Assembly: GCF_036365525.1 (NCBI RefSeq)
Contig: NC_090400.1
Span: 53,697,663 to 53,761,662, forward strand
Origin: Heterodontus francisci
Taxonomy: Eukaryota
Direction of reading: 5' to 3'
Length of the DNA: 64,000 bases
Below the pieces are notes generated by a model, which did not search any database, was not told the DNA's origin, and worked only from the letters and a program-made list of their open reading frames with translations. Below are positions 12,654 through 24,919 of the stretch, piece by piece. Position 1 is the stretch's first letter. Each line of letters starts with the position of its first letter. Both the position numbers and the translations under genes were made by a program.

Positions 12654-14289
12654 GGCAAAGGTTAGAAAAGAATAAGGTTTTAAGCAAGTGAAGGAGGGGG
12701 TGGTGGTTTGGTGGGGAAGAGAACAAAAGGGAAAGTGTATGATCGGGCAGAGGGCAGGAGAGTTTAAATAACAAAGCTGTCCTGGGTCAAAGGCAAAGAA
12801 TGTGTTAATGCTAGCGTGAAAAACAAAGCATTAGTCCAGAGAGAGTGTTAATGGCAGAATAATAAGCAGCTCTGTCCAAAAGTACATGGAAAACAGGCAC
12901 ATGGTTATAAAAATAAAATAAAATGATAAAAAATAGAAAAATATAAAAAAGGCCTGTCATGCTCTGAAATTGCTGAACTCAATGTTCAGTCCACAAGGCT
13001 GTAGAGTGCCTAATCGGAAGATGAGCTGCTGCTCCTTGAGCTTGAGTTGATGTTCACTGGAACACTGCAGCCCGAAGACAGAAATGTGGGAATGAGAGCA
13101 GGGGAGTGTGTTGAAATGGCAAGCAACCGGAATTTCAGAGTCAAACTTTCAGACTGAGCAGAGGTGCTCTGCAAAGCAGTCACCTAATCTACGTTTGGTC
13201 TCCCCAATGTAGAGGCAACTACATTGTGAGCTCCGAATACAGTATACTAAATTGAAGGAAGTACAAGTAAATCGCTGCTTCACCAGGAAGGAGTGTATGG
13301 GGCCTTGGATGGTGAAGAGAGAGGAGGTAAAAGGCAGGTATTACACCTCCTGCAAACTTGTTGCACTCCGTTCTCTCAGGTCTAACCCTAACATTGTGAT
13401 CAAACCTGTTGACAAGGGTTGTTGTTGACAAACCTGTTGTTGTCTGGCGTACTGACCTCTACCTTGCAGAGGCTGAGCGCCAACTCTCAGACACTTTTTC
13501 CTACCTCCCCATGGACCATGACCCCCACTACCGAACATCAAGCCACTGTCTCAAGGACTGTCACTGATCTCATCTCCTCTGGAGATCTTCCCTCTACAGC
13601 TTCCAACCTCCTAGCCCCACAACACTCGACAACCCGCTTCAACCTCCTTCCTAAAATCCATAAACAGGACTGTCCTGGTTGACCCATCATTTCAGCCTGT
13701 TCCTGCCCCACTGAACTTATTTCTTCCTATCTTGACTCTATCTTTTCTGCGCTGGTCTAATCTCTTCCCAGCTACATCCGTGACTCTTCTGACACCCTAC
13801 GTCATTTCGACCCTTTCCAGTTCCTGGCCCTAACTGCCTCCTCTTCAATATGGATGTCCAATCTCTCTACATCTCCATCCCCCACCAGGACAGTCTGACG
13901 GCTCTCTGCTTCTGCCTTGAACAGTGGCCCAACCAGTCCCCATCCACCACCACCCTCCTTGCCATTTCAACAATTTCAGAGCATGACAGTCCTTTTTTTA
14001 TATTTTTCTTTTTTTTTATCATTTTATTTTTTTTTAACCTTGTGCCTGTTTTCATGTGCTTTTGGACAGAGCTGCTCATTACTCTGCCATTAACACTCTT
14101 TCTGGACTAATTTTTTGTCTTTCCCCACTAGCATTAACATTCTCGTTGCCTTTGTCCCATGGCAGCTTTATTATTTAATCTCTCCTGCTCTCTGCCCTAT
14201 CACACACCTTCCCTTTTGTTCTCTTCCCCACCAAACCAACCCCCTCCCCCTTCACTTGCTTCAAACCTAATTCTTTTCAAACCTTTGCC

Positions 14290-14326
14290 AGTTCTAATGA
14301 AAGGTCACAGACCTGAAACGTTAACT
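14290..14326 (+). ncRNA. Hammerhead-like motif with mutated core (CTAATGA)
   Basis: AGTT-CTAATGA-A-AGGTC-ACA-GACCT-GAAA-CGTT-AACT. Confidence 0.45.
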
Positions 14327-14814
14327 TTGCTTCTCTCGCCGCAGATGCTGCCTGACCTGCTGAGTATTTCCAGCACTTCCTGTTTTTATTTCAGATAAAA
14401 ACACAGGCCAATTTGGGGGGAGAAAATTCTGAGAAATTCTTCTCTGACCCGTCTAGGCGGTAGAGATGGTCCAGATGAGGAGTGGACACTGAGTGAAGAA
14501 CAATACACAAGGAAGACAGAGGAAGAGGTATTGTAAGTGGAGAAGAATGTTCCTAAGCAGAGGCTAAGGAACTATCAGCCCTTGGCTTCAATAGTGTGTG
14601 GATGATGATCTCAGCAGTCTTGCTGTGAAAGGAAACATGCTGCCAGAGCATTGAATTCATGAAGACACTGCATAGACTCTCTGAAAATGTGTAACAGATG
14701 GCAGAGCTGGCGTCAGAGGCCATTGCCCTCCTTTGGGGTAGCGTCAGAGAGGGCTCTGCAGCAACGCAGAGGAGCTTGGAAGGACTGGCAGCTGCACAAG
14801 TCTCTGTTGGCATG

Positions 14815-15245
14815 ACATAGGAATGTAGGAACAGGTGAAGGCCATTCAGTCCTTCAAGCCTGTTCCGCCATTCAGTGAGATCATGGTTGATCTGTATTTT
14901 AACTCCATCCACACGCCTTGGCTCCATTTCCTTTTCTATCCTTGTCTAGCAAAAGTCTATTGATCTCAGACTTAAAATGATCAATTGAGCTAGTTTCCAT
15001 AGCTTTTTGTGGGAGAGAGTTCCCACTTCTACCACCCTTTGCAAGAAGAAGTGTTTCCTAATTTCTCTCCTGAATGGCCTGGCACTGGTTTTAATGTTAT
15101 GTCCCCTTGTTCTAGATGCCCTCACCAATGGAAGAAGTCTCTCTTTCTCTATCTACCCTATCAATTCCTTTCAAAATGCTAAAAGCCGCAGTCAAATCTC
15201 TGTAACGTTCAACGTTGCAGGGAATGCAAGCCTGGTTTGTATGAC
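14815..15245 (-). mobile_element. CR1 LINE 3' fragment
   Basis: RTRGHNIK..RPFRREIRKHFFLQRVVE plus CR1 3' UTR. Confidence 0.88.
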
Positions 15246-15469
15246 GGATCACAGAGGCCTGGAGAAGAGTCAGCACCTCCAACACAAAAGCTTTGATTAG
15301 TGGCATTCAGGCCTTGGGTGACAGAATGGAGAAAGCAATATCCACTGGGATCCCAAGACATCAAGGGCATCGGTTCAGAGGGGATTGCTCACTGAACACT
15401 CGAATTGAGTTCTCAGTTTTAAAGTTCCAGATTATTGCATGATTGTTGAAAAAATAATGGTATGATGTT

Positions 15470-17010
15470 CACAGAATTACATAGAATATACAGCACAGAA
15501 ACAGGCCATTCGGCCCAACTATTCTATGCTGGTGTTTATACTCCACATGAGTCTCCTTCCATTTATCTCCTTTGTCTCAGCCTTTCAGCATATCTTTTTA
15601 TCCCTTTTTCTCTCATGTACTTGTCTAGTTTCCTTTTGAAAGCATTTAAGCTATTTGCCTCAACCACTTCTTGTAGTAGTGAGTTCCACATTCTAACCAC
15701 TCTCTAAGAGAAATAATTCTCCTTATTTCCCTATTGGATTTATTAGTAACTGTGTTGTTTTTGTGGCCCCTAGTTTTGGATTCTACACAAGTGGAAACAT
15801 TGGGCTGAATTTTACTGACCCCTCACGTCGGGATCCGTGGCATGAAGATTGCCCCGGATGAGGCCCGCCACGGACCTTGACGCCGGGAGGGCCCAGCCTA
15901 ATATTGCCAGCGGCGGCAAGGCCTCATGGCGGCCGCCCGCCACCCCCAAACGCCGGTCGGCGACGGGACCCCCATTTAAATATTTAGATGAATTAAAATA
16001 AACAAATTACACTACCGCCATCTGTCCCGGTACGATCTTCATGCCGGTGGCCGGCAGTCCCACGCCTTCAGATCCCCGTCTGGGGAACTGAGGGGCAACA
16101 TTGGTGGGGAGAGGTTGGCAGGCAAGTGTTCTCAGTGTTTTGTGGCGGGGGGGGGGGGGAGGGGGGAGTGGGGCCAAAGTCATATCATTGGTAGAGGGGA
16201 TGGTGGGAAGGGCTATAGTGTAAAGTTTATGCATTTGGGGTGGGAAGGTCAGGTGGACAAGGCAAGTGTTTTGGGGGAGGAGAGGGCGAGTAATTAATTC
16301 AATGGTTATTGGGGGGGGGGTGGGAAAGGGGCAAAATAAATTGATTTAATTTTTTTAAATCAATGCATCTTTAAATATTTAAATTGAATGGCAGGGCTTG
16401 AAGCCCTTCAAAAATGGCGTCAGCGCCTGTACATTGATCATCGGGAGGGCGGTCCACCCCGGCTATTTAAATGAGCCGCTGCGCTTAATATCGCAGCGGC
16501 TCCGTCATGTGCGTCGCGTCCTCTACGGCTGACTTCAGCAACTGGACTATAAGTTTCAGGCAATTCTCTCCACATCTGCCCACTCCAACCCATTCATAAT
16601 TTTAAAGACCCCTATCAGATCTCCTCTAAGTCTTCCTTTTTCTAAAGAAAAAAACCCAACCTGTTCAATCTTTCCCTATAGCTGTAAGCTCTCAGTTCTG
16701 GTATCATCCTTGTAAATCTTGTTTTCACTCTTTCCAGTTCTTTTATGTCCTTTTAATAGTATGGAGACCAGAACTGTGCATAGTTACTCTAAGTGGGGCC
16801 TGTCCAGGGACTTATACAAGCTTAACGTAATTACAATGCTTCTGAATTCTATACCCCTAGAAATAAATCCCACTACTTTGTTAGCATTTTTAATTGTTTT
16901 GCTCACCTGTGATGATGTTCTTGATAATTTTTTCACCTGTATCCCACGATCCTTTTACTCTTCTACGCCATTCAGTTTGTTATTTACTAAAGTATTGGTG
17001 GCGATGTTTT
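15470..17010 (-). mobile_element. CR1 LINE fragment split by a TIR element at 15802-16562
   Basis: Tail CACAGAAACAGGCCATTCGGCCC; CR1 ORF2 remnants continue on both sides of the insertion. Confidence 0.85.
15802..16562. mobile_element. GC-rich non-autonomous TIR DNA transposon
   Basis: Starts GGGCTGAATTTTAC; ATT duplicated at 15799-15801 and 16563-16565; same family as 8749-9468. Confidence 0.8.
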
Positions 17011-17639
17011 TCTGTAGAATACATAAAGTTGCAATGGAAATTGAAAATATTTTTGTCCCTCATGGGACTTCTTTTAATGATGAATAGAGTGTTCTGAAGG
17101 GTTATGAATATAAATTATGTGGATCATCCTAGTTGTTACAGACATTCTACAGTTATAACCTAATTAGATGTTACTGAAAGTCTCTGTGCTATATTTACCT
17201 TGTACCTCTCCCTCAGCAGTTGTCTGTAACTCTGTGCTTACCCACCTTATGTCCAAACTCCAGTCTTAGGGTGTTCAGCTCTGTCTCCTCTTCAGGAATT
17301 GCAATTTCCAGGCCCTTTTCTGAACTGCAAAGCTGTGGAGGGCACAGCAAGTCACTACAACATTGAAAGCACATTGGACGGAGCTCCAGACCAATCTAGG
17401 CAGCTTAAGCTTCCCTTTTAGCATGGCAGTGATCTGTTCAATTTTAATTTTGGTTTGTTTGTGAATCATAGCATTAACTTTAGTTCACAGGCGGTCACCT
17501 GCAAAGCTGTTAGCAACCGGGGTAGTATTGGATACCTCTTGACTTCAAGAAGGCAGCCAATGCATTGTCATTGATTCCGAAAGAATGCACAAACAGTTGT
17601 CTGCCAAAGGATGAATGATTCATGACATTGACCTGTATA

Positions 17640-19030
17640 CAACAACAGTAATATTGCATCTTTCATGTAGTAAAACATCCCAAGACGCCTCACAGGAACG
17701 TCATCAAACAAAATTTGACACCGAGCCACATAATGAGACATTAGGAGAGGTGACCAAAAGCTTACTCAAAGAGATAGGTTTTAAGGAGTGTCTTAAAGGA
17801 GGAGAGAAAGGTTAGGATGGAATTCAAGAGTTTGGGGCCTAGACAGCTGAAGGCACGGCCACCAATGGTGGAGTGATGAGAATTGGGGATGCACAAGAGG
17901 CCAGAATTGGATAAGCACAGAGATCTCGGAGGGTTGCAGGGCTGGAGGAGATCACAGAGATTGAGAGGGGCGAGGACATGGAGGGATTTGAAAATAAGGA
18001 TACAAATTTTAAAATTGAGGCAAACACGGAAATATTCAATGAATGGCCTGACACTGGGAAGTTCCGAAGAACAAAGGGACCTTGGCGTGTTTGTCCATAG
18101 ATCTCTGAAGGCAGAAGGGCAGGTTAATAGGGTGGTGAAAAAGGCATATGGGACAGTTGCCTTTATCAATCGAAGCATAGATTACAAAAGCAGGGAAATC
18201 ATGGTGATGTTGGAGTTGTACAGAACTTTGGTAAGGCCACAGCTGGAGTACTGTGTGCAATTCTGGTCGCCACATTATAGGAAGGATGTGATTGCATTGG
18301 AGGGGGTGCAGAGGCGATTCACCAGGATGTTGCCTGGGATGGAACATTTAAGCTATGAAGAGAGGTTGGATAGGCTTGGGTTGTTTTCACTGGAGCAGAG
18401 AAGACTGAGGGGTGACCTGATCGAGGTGTACAAGATTATGAGGGGCATGGACAGGGTGGATAGGGAGCAGCTGTTCCCCTTAGTTGAAGGGTCAGTTACG
18501 AGGGGTCACAAGTTTAAGGTGAGGGGCGGGAGGTTTAAGGGGGACTTGAAGAAGAACTTTTTTACCCAGAGGGTGGTGACGGTCTGGAATGCCCTGCCTG
18601 GGAGGGTGATAGATGCAGGTTGCCTCACATCCTTTAAGAAGTACCTGGATGAGCACTTGGCATGTCATAACATTCAAGGCTATGGGCCAAGTGCTGGCAA
18701 ATGGGATTAGGTAGACAGGTCAGGTGTTTTAATGCATCGGTGCAGACTCAATGGGCCGAAGGGCCTCTTCTGCACTGTATTATTCTGTGATTCTGTGTGA
18801 TTCTGTGATTCATTGCCGGATCGGGAGCCAATGTAGGTCAGCGAGCACAGGAGTGATGGCTGTGAGTTAGGAATATGGGCAGCAGAGTTTTGGATGAGCT
18901 CAAGTTTAGGAAGGGTGTAAGGTGGGAGGCCAGTCAGGAGAACATTGGATTAGTCAAGTCAAAAGGCAAGGATGAGGGTTTCAGCAGTAGATGAGCTGAG
19001 GCAGGGGAGGAGATGGGCAATGACACACAG
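17640..19030 (-). mobile_element. L2 LINE 3' portion interrupted by a CR1
   Basis: LNFKICILIFKSLHVLAP and IGGRAFSCLGPKL on minus; resumes after ~18810. Confidence 0.82.
18015..18810 (+). mobile_element. Young 5'-truncated CR1 LINE
   Basis: Uninterrupted frame QRDLGVFVH...LVRPQLEYCVQFWSPHYRKD...FFTQRVVTVWNALP; (GATTCTGT)n tail. Confidence 0.96.
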
Positions 19031-19640
19031 AAACCTTTACATATAATCACACACTAATTGGATATTAAGGGAGTGAACACTCCTTTTGTTGGTGTAATGT
19101 TGTGGGTTGTCAGTAGGGACTTGTATGGCCACATCGGTACAATCTGTAGCTCCAAGCACTGATGGTGACTCTGCGATCTGATGAAAATTAATGGTCCACT
19201 TGCTCAACTGACGTGTAATAACTTGGGCAGCCCCAGCAAACAAAGTGATAATGGATTGCCATATGCAAGAATGGACAGCAAACTGACTAACCAGCTTGAA
19301 GTTGCCTATTGCCTCTTGGAATGAGCCAGTGGCTAAGAAATTAAATCTGAGCCACAGTAATCATTATCGTGTTCCTGGAGGAAGTTTGTTGAACTTACTT
19401 TAAGATGGAACAAAGCCTTTCTGGGGCTTCTGGAGTGAACTGCAGCCTCTTTAAACATAACTCTAGAGAGATATTCAATGAAGATCTGGTGGGACTCTAC
19501 ACACTGGCGGCTCAGTATCTGTGGAAAAGAGAGGATCTCCTGTGCTCCATGGTCGCATGAGTCAGACTTCCTGGGTTGTCCACTGTTCCTCCTCCTCTTC
19601 CTCCTCCAACAAATAATGGGACTATCAATGGAGAAAACCA
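19030..19640 (-). pseudogene. PIF/Harbinger (HARBI1-like, DDE_Tnp_4) transposase fossil
   Basis: FHQIAESPSVLGATDCTDVAIQVP...YTNKRSVHSLNIQLVCD resembles G(A)IDCTHV...NRKG.HS.N.QLVCD; upstream FLATGSFQEAIG at ~19305-19340; frameshifted. Confidence 0.85.
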
Positions 19641-19744
19641 TTTTACAGTCCTCCCCTATATTTTAGGGAAATTCCCCAAACAAGACACAGGCACAAGGGT
19701 GACTTCCAAATGAAGCTAGGGGCTTCTAAAATAAAGTGTAAAAC

Positions 19745-19958
19745 TCACCAAAATTTAGACAAAAGACCAATCCGGGGAGGGATGAGGAGAAGCTTTTTAT
19801 GCTGCGGTTTGCTGTTATCTGGGATGCGCTGTCTGAAAGGGTGGTGGAAGCAGATTCAAGTTTCAAAAGGGAATTCCAAGGGGAAATTTTGCAGAGCTAT
19901 GGGGAAAGAGCAGGGAAAGTGGGACTAATTGGATAGCTCTTTCAAAGAGTCAGCACAG
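19745..19958 (+). mobile_element. CR1 3' fragment; tail resumes at 20889-20930
   Basis: GGGACTAATTGGATAGCTCTTTCAAAGAG tail motif. Confidence 0.75.
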
Positions 19959-20888
19959 TGTTACGACCAGGTGAGAAAGGGGTCTCGGGTTCCCTCTCAG
20001 CCTTCACCTGGTTTTAAAGTAACAGGGTTTTATTTTTAACACACCATTTTTTTTAGTTTCCCCTTACTGAATCCTTGTTCACTGCTTTCCAATTGTAAGG
20101 CAAAGAAACCAGCCAAACAAGTTTTCTTAGGTTTAAAGAGGAAAGGTTGAACTTTATTAAACTTAAACTCTAATTAAGTTAACACCTACGGATACACGAT
20201 GCACCCACGGTAGCATGCATAGGCGATAAACATACATGCAGATAGAGACAGAAAAGAGCAGAAGAAATAAAGTGGAAAAGTTTGAGGCAATATCTGAAGA
20301 TAGGTTTGGTTACTGTTCTTCGAGCTCACTGTGAAGTCCTTGATTGTAGGTAGATCTTACTTTTTGTTGGGGCCCAGTATTCTTCTTAAACCTTGTTCGA
20401 TGTAGGAGACTTTTCTCTCATGTGGTTCACGTCTTCAGTGGATTTGGAGCTCCGTGAGAAAGAGATGGGAGCGGACAGGAGAGGCTGTGGCGAGCCAGCC
20501 AGGAGAGGTCTTTTCAGTCCAGGAGCAAAGAGTCTCCCTCTCTCAAACTGTCTGTAAAATTCAAAAAAACTTAGGTTGCCCAGCAGTTTAGTCATGTGAC
20601 TAGCTGGTTTGATCATGTCTGTGTGGGTTTGGCCATCTTAGCAGTCATCCTGGAATGTGAGCTTCCTCGCCTTCAATGTCTGGTGATCAAAGTCTATTGT
20701 GAGTTGAATGTGTCAGGGAATGGTCCTTTGTCTCCACAAGCACTGTCTGTTAGTATGTAAATGTTTTTTTCCAGCCGCGGCTGATCTATTTAACAAGTCA
20801 TTTCCTCGCTCCAGCAACAGTTTAAAATCAATCGTCATATGGTAAAATTAATATGCCTCATTCTTGGCAGGTGGGCACCTGCATGACA
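19959..20888. mobile_element. Solo LTR, 930 bp
   Basis: TGTTACG...CATGACA termini; 4-bp TSD ACAG at 19955-19958 and 20889-20892; cleanly splits a CR1 tail. Confidence 0.85.
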
Positions 20889-20932
20889 ACAGACATAATT
20901 GGCTGAATGGCCTCCAGTACTGTATGATTCCA

Positions 20933-21620
20933 TGTGCAGGATTTTACTGCAGGCTTCAGAACCCTGAAATTGGGATCAAATGGGGGGTCCCGAGCTCGCA
21001 CTTGCCACGAGCCAGACCGAGGGAGCTATTTTCCCAGAGACAGCCTCCATGTTCATCACCCTGTTAAAGATGGCGGCTGGGTTCCCAATGTTGCTGGCCC
21101 AGTCAGTGAATTGGCAGCTCTAGAACCTCGGCAGTCGCACCAGGGGAGGTGACCACCGCTGAGACAGGTAGGAGACCTCGAGAGCACTTCAGAATGGAGG
21201 CACCCATGGAGGAGTAAAATTAAATATATTAATCAGTGGAGGAATGCCGATAGGGGCCTCTGATTGAAGGGGAAACCCCCTCCGAATGGCTCATGGGAGC
21301 CATGAGGATGCCTTTCCTGCCTGCGGCCCTGTCATTGGGGCATGGATCCCCCGGCTCAGATGACCACCCCCCACCCCCACTCCCACTCTGGTCTGCAGCA
21401 GGAAGGACGCCTCCATGGAGCTGGTGCCGTCCATACATGGTGGGGGTGGGGCACTCCACCACCAGCAAAATACTGGTGAGCCCCCTAAATCACCCCTCAT
21501 TGGGGCCTTCATTATTTAAATTGCCTGCCTGCCTCCATGGTGCGGGCAGCCAATCCACATTCCTGCCTGCTGCTAGGTAACTTCCCCGGAGGCGGGAATG
21601 CATTGAGCAGCTGTCCTGAC
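20933..21620. mobile_element. Degraded GC-rich TIR-type element
   Basis: Begins GTGCAGGATTTTAC, like the other TIR elements; right end unclear. Confidence 0.5.
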
Positions 21621-21699
21621 ATGGCTTTCCTCCTATATATGTAACCATTCTATGATTCTATGAGTCTATAATTTCCAGGAGCTCACCCCCAGCCACAGC

Positions 21700-21945
21700 T
21701 TGGATTGTATCAATATTTACATGTGCTCCTCAGCAGTGTATCAATATTTGCAGGTGGGCCTAGCGATGTATCAATTTTTACACGAGTCTCCGGGAAATGT
21801 ATCAATATGTACAGGTGACTCTCAAGAGTGTATCATTATTGGTCCTGAGGAGTCTATCATTATTTACAGGAGTCTGCAGGAGTGTTATGAATTATTTAAA
21901 GGTAGCCAATAGCAGTGTATCAATACTTGCAGGAGTCCCTCAGAT
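21700..21945. repeat. Degenerate ~30-bp tandem repeat (GGTCYCAGGAGTGTATCAATATTTRCA-like)
   Basis: Recurring GTGTATCAATA core; resembles 41200-41810. Confidence 0.75.
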
Positions 21946-23079
21946 TGAAAGGGTAGACCCATCAGACATGCGGGCATGGTGGAATATAGTCACGTGGGCA
22001 TTACTCTGGGGGTCCTCAATATGGACTCTACCTGCAAGACAAGGCGTGAGTAACATTCCCTTCTTCTCCTGCACTAAATCCTCATGTCCCTGCTTCACCC
22101 TTAACTCCTTATCCTGGTTGTTTCTCACTTCATATCCACTTTGCTTAGGAATAACATGCAGTGCGTGAGGGACTTAGCCGAGGGGAGAGAATGGGGGGGG
22201 GGGTGGGGGGAAATGAAGCCTGAAAAATAATGTATTGATTGTAATAAAAATTGTAGCGTGGCATTTTGAAAGATTTCACTATACCTAACTGAATTGCGAT
22301 TACACCAGTCAGTTTAAGCATATATATCCACCCTGAAGGAATAGCGGGTAATACTTCCCTCTTCAGACATCACCCTCTTTTTATTATGGGGGGGAGAATG
22401 AAATTCAGGTTAATATCTGATACTCCTTTTATTCCAAGATATTGCAGAACAACCGAAGGCCATTTGAAAGAGAAGGAAATAAACTGGGAGAGAAAGCACT
22501 TTTTTCATATTGGATGAATTATTTGATTAAGATTAATAGCAGATCCCTATATTGAGCAAATGGGAATTCAATGGAGATAGAATTTTTACCTTTTCTTTAG
22601 GGAGGTAAGGATTTGACCTTAAAGAGAACCAATATTACAAATTCTTACGGCTGAAAATTACTTTTAAAAAAGTGATTAATAAGGGATTTTGACAATGCAA
22701 TTTGTGTAAGCAACATTTTTTTCTTTAATAATATGTTTGAAACCCAAGATTGGTGCATCTCCTTCTCATATTTGTAATCTTTTTTAAGTTGCTCCCTTCT
22801 CCTGATGAAAGCAGTGGTTCATGCTGAGGTGTGATTGCATGCCGTCAATAACTCTCCATTAGCTTGCAAAGTCATCATGCTTCATGTGCTCTTAAAACTT
22901 GAACATCTCAAGACTACATTTAAGAGGGAACTAAATTGTTTCTCTATTAAAGGACACTGGGGAGCAAAGAGAGGGAGATCAGACCAAGTGACTCATGGAG
23001 GAAGTTAATGGCACTGACATAGTGAGGTCATTAGCCTGAATCTGTGCCTTGGCCTTCCCATGATCTTGTGTGAGAACTT

Positions 23080-23400
23080 ACAACAACTTACGTAGTGCCT
23101 TTAATGTAGCAAAATCTGCAAATCCATCTTGGAGGCTGTGGTGGGAGAGAGAGGAGGGAGAATCGAGACCAGAGGGGGATTTTGGAGAAGAGCTCGAGAA
23201 AAACTTTGAAAAAGAGGTGGGTTTTGAGAAGGCTTTTGACGGAGGGAGAGGTGCAGTCAGATAAAAGGGTTTAGGAGGAGAATTCCAGAATATTGGAATA
23301 AGATGGCTGAAAGATCTGCCATTGATTGTGGTGCGGGGTAGAGGAAGGGATGGAGTACAAAGAGTGTGTTGGGATGGTGAGGTTTGCCAAGATAGGGTGG
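23080..23400 (-). mobile_element. Old L2 3' fragment
   Basis: INGRSFSHL.P.FWNS.P motif and L2 tail. Confidence 0.65.
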
Positions 23401-23599
23401 GGCCCGGTTTTGGCAGAATGCCAACTAGGACGGACATTATGAAATCAACAGCCCATACAATTTGTGACAACGGGCTATTCCACTATGAGAAGCATTGCAG
23501 GCAAGCTGATCTTCTGAATTAACGTCTGCACTCACATACTTTACAGCAAATGCCATTGAGTAGCAGTCAGATGTAGCCCTTCCTCAGGGTGTAGACACT

Positions 23600-24325
23600 G
23601 GCTGGAATTTTACACACCCCCCCCTCCCCAAAAGAGCCGGATGTGGCAGGGGGTGGAGCGGGGGGGTGGGGGGGGGGGGGCGTAAAATGGAGTGGGAGGA
23701 CCGTGAGGCCTTTCCCAACCCGCTCCCGCCTCCGCCGGCAGTTTACCTGGGGCAGCGGGAAACGCCCCGCCCGCCCCAGGCCAATCAAGGCCTGTTAATG
23801 GTCACTTAAGGAGCTCTGCCCGCCGCCACGGGGATTTTACCGTTGGCAGGTGGGCGGCCCAGGCTCAAGAAAAGCCGCCTGTAAAAAGTAGGCGGCCTTC
23901 TGCCAGCCTGGGTTGGGGGGGGCCCTCCTGATCAGGCACCCTGTGCCCAATGGAGGGCCGTCCCCTATGCCCCAACCACCCCAACTCCGAACACGCCCCC
24001 AATCGACCACGCTTGCCTCGCTGGGGCCGACTGATCACCCCCAGCGAGGCCCCAAAAACTTACCTCTTTTCCGTCCTCTCTGTCATCTTGATCACGAAGC
24101 TGGGTTGCAGTCCCAGCAGTGGCCACCGCTTTCGGTGGCGCTGCTGGGACTAAGAGCTGCCGGCCCGCTGATTGGCCGGCAGCTCCATTAGGCGGGACTT
24201 CCTGCCACAATGAGGCCTGGGGACCGTAAAATCCGGACTGGATCCCTAGGCCCAGCGGAGGCGGGATAGCCACCGACTTTTCGGTCAGTGGACAGCTCCC
24301 GTCCAACTAGCGCAAAATTCCGGCC
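23600..24325. mobile_element. GC-rich non-autonomous TIR DNA transposon
   Basis: TIRs GGCTGGAATTTT / AAAATTCCGGCC; ACT on both flanks. Confidence 0.82.
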
Positions 24326-24431
24326 ACTGAGTCTAATTGTAATGTCCACACTGCCACTTTGCATGAGCCGAAGTACCTCAGAACAGATCAATTGAGTAGC
24401 CAATCGCGAAGCATTTTAACAGCACAAATAC

Positions 24432-24615
24432 ACTGCCTGAAAGGGTGGCGGAAGCTGATTCAAAAGTAACTTTCAAAACGTACCTGGATAAATACTTGAA
24501 AAGGAAAGATTTGCAGGGCTCTGGGGAAAGAGCAGAGGAGTGGGACTAATTGGATAGCTCTCTCGAAGAGGCATGACGAGCCAAATGACCTCATTCTATG
24601 CTGTACAATTCTATG
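24432..24615 (+). mobile_element. CR1 3' end
   Basis: CTGCCTGAAAGGGTGG...GGGACTAATTGGATAGCTC...ATTCTATGA tail. Confidence 0.8.
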
Positions 24616-24919
24616 ATCAGGGATCGAGCAGCGGGGATTTCCTGGGCTGAATGGTTTTAGCACCGCAACACGAGATACACTTAGCATTAGTCATTAGCGG
24701 AGCCCCGTTTGACATTTTGTTCACTTTTTAAAGCTGCATCACATCTTTTTCCAGCTGAGCAGACAGGACGGTAACCTCTGCCCCCATTGCCACTCCATTA
24801 TCATCCACTGGGGGTGCATAGATGCCAGCCAGGTTGACTCAATCTCTTAATTGCCACCCCATTGCCAGACAAAAGAGCATCATGTGGAGACAGGAGACAT
24901 CACTGCGTGATAAAAAAAG

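Larger units (their letters stand above)
12515..14395. mobile_element. Penelope-like element with inverted arrangement: GIY-YIG and 3' region on minus (~12515-13360), RT fragment and 3' region on plus (~13380-14395)
   Basis: RT remnants IKPVDKG, FNLLPKIHKQDCPG, MDVQSLYISIPH; the minus part is homologous to the GIY-YIG region at 53843-54172; the two ends are reverse complements. Confidence 0.85.

Noticed and set aside
17883-18710. 275-aa ORF as a host gene
   Set aside because: Chimera of antisense L2 sequence and a CR1 ORF2 C-terminus
19037-19243. Domesticated HARBI1 gene
   Set aside because: Frameshifted, conserved residues altered, truncated by an L2; better explained as a transposon fossil
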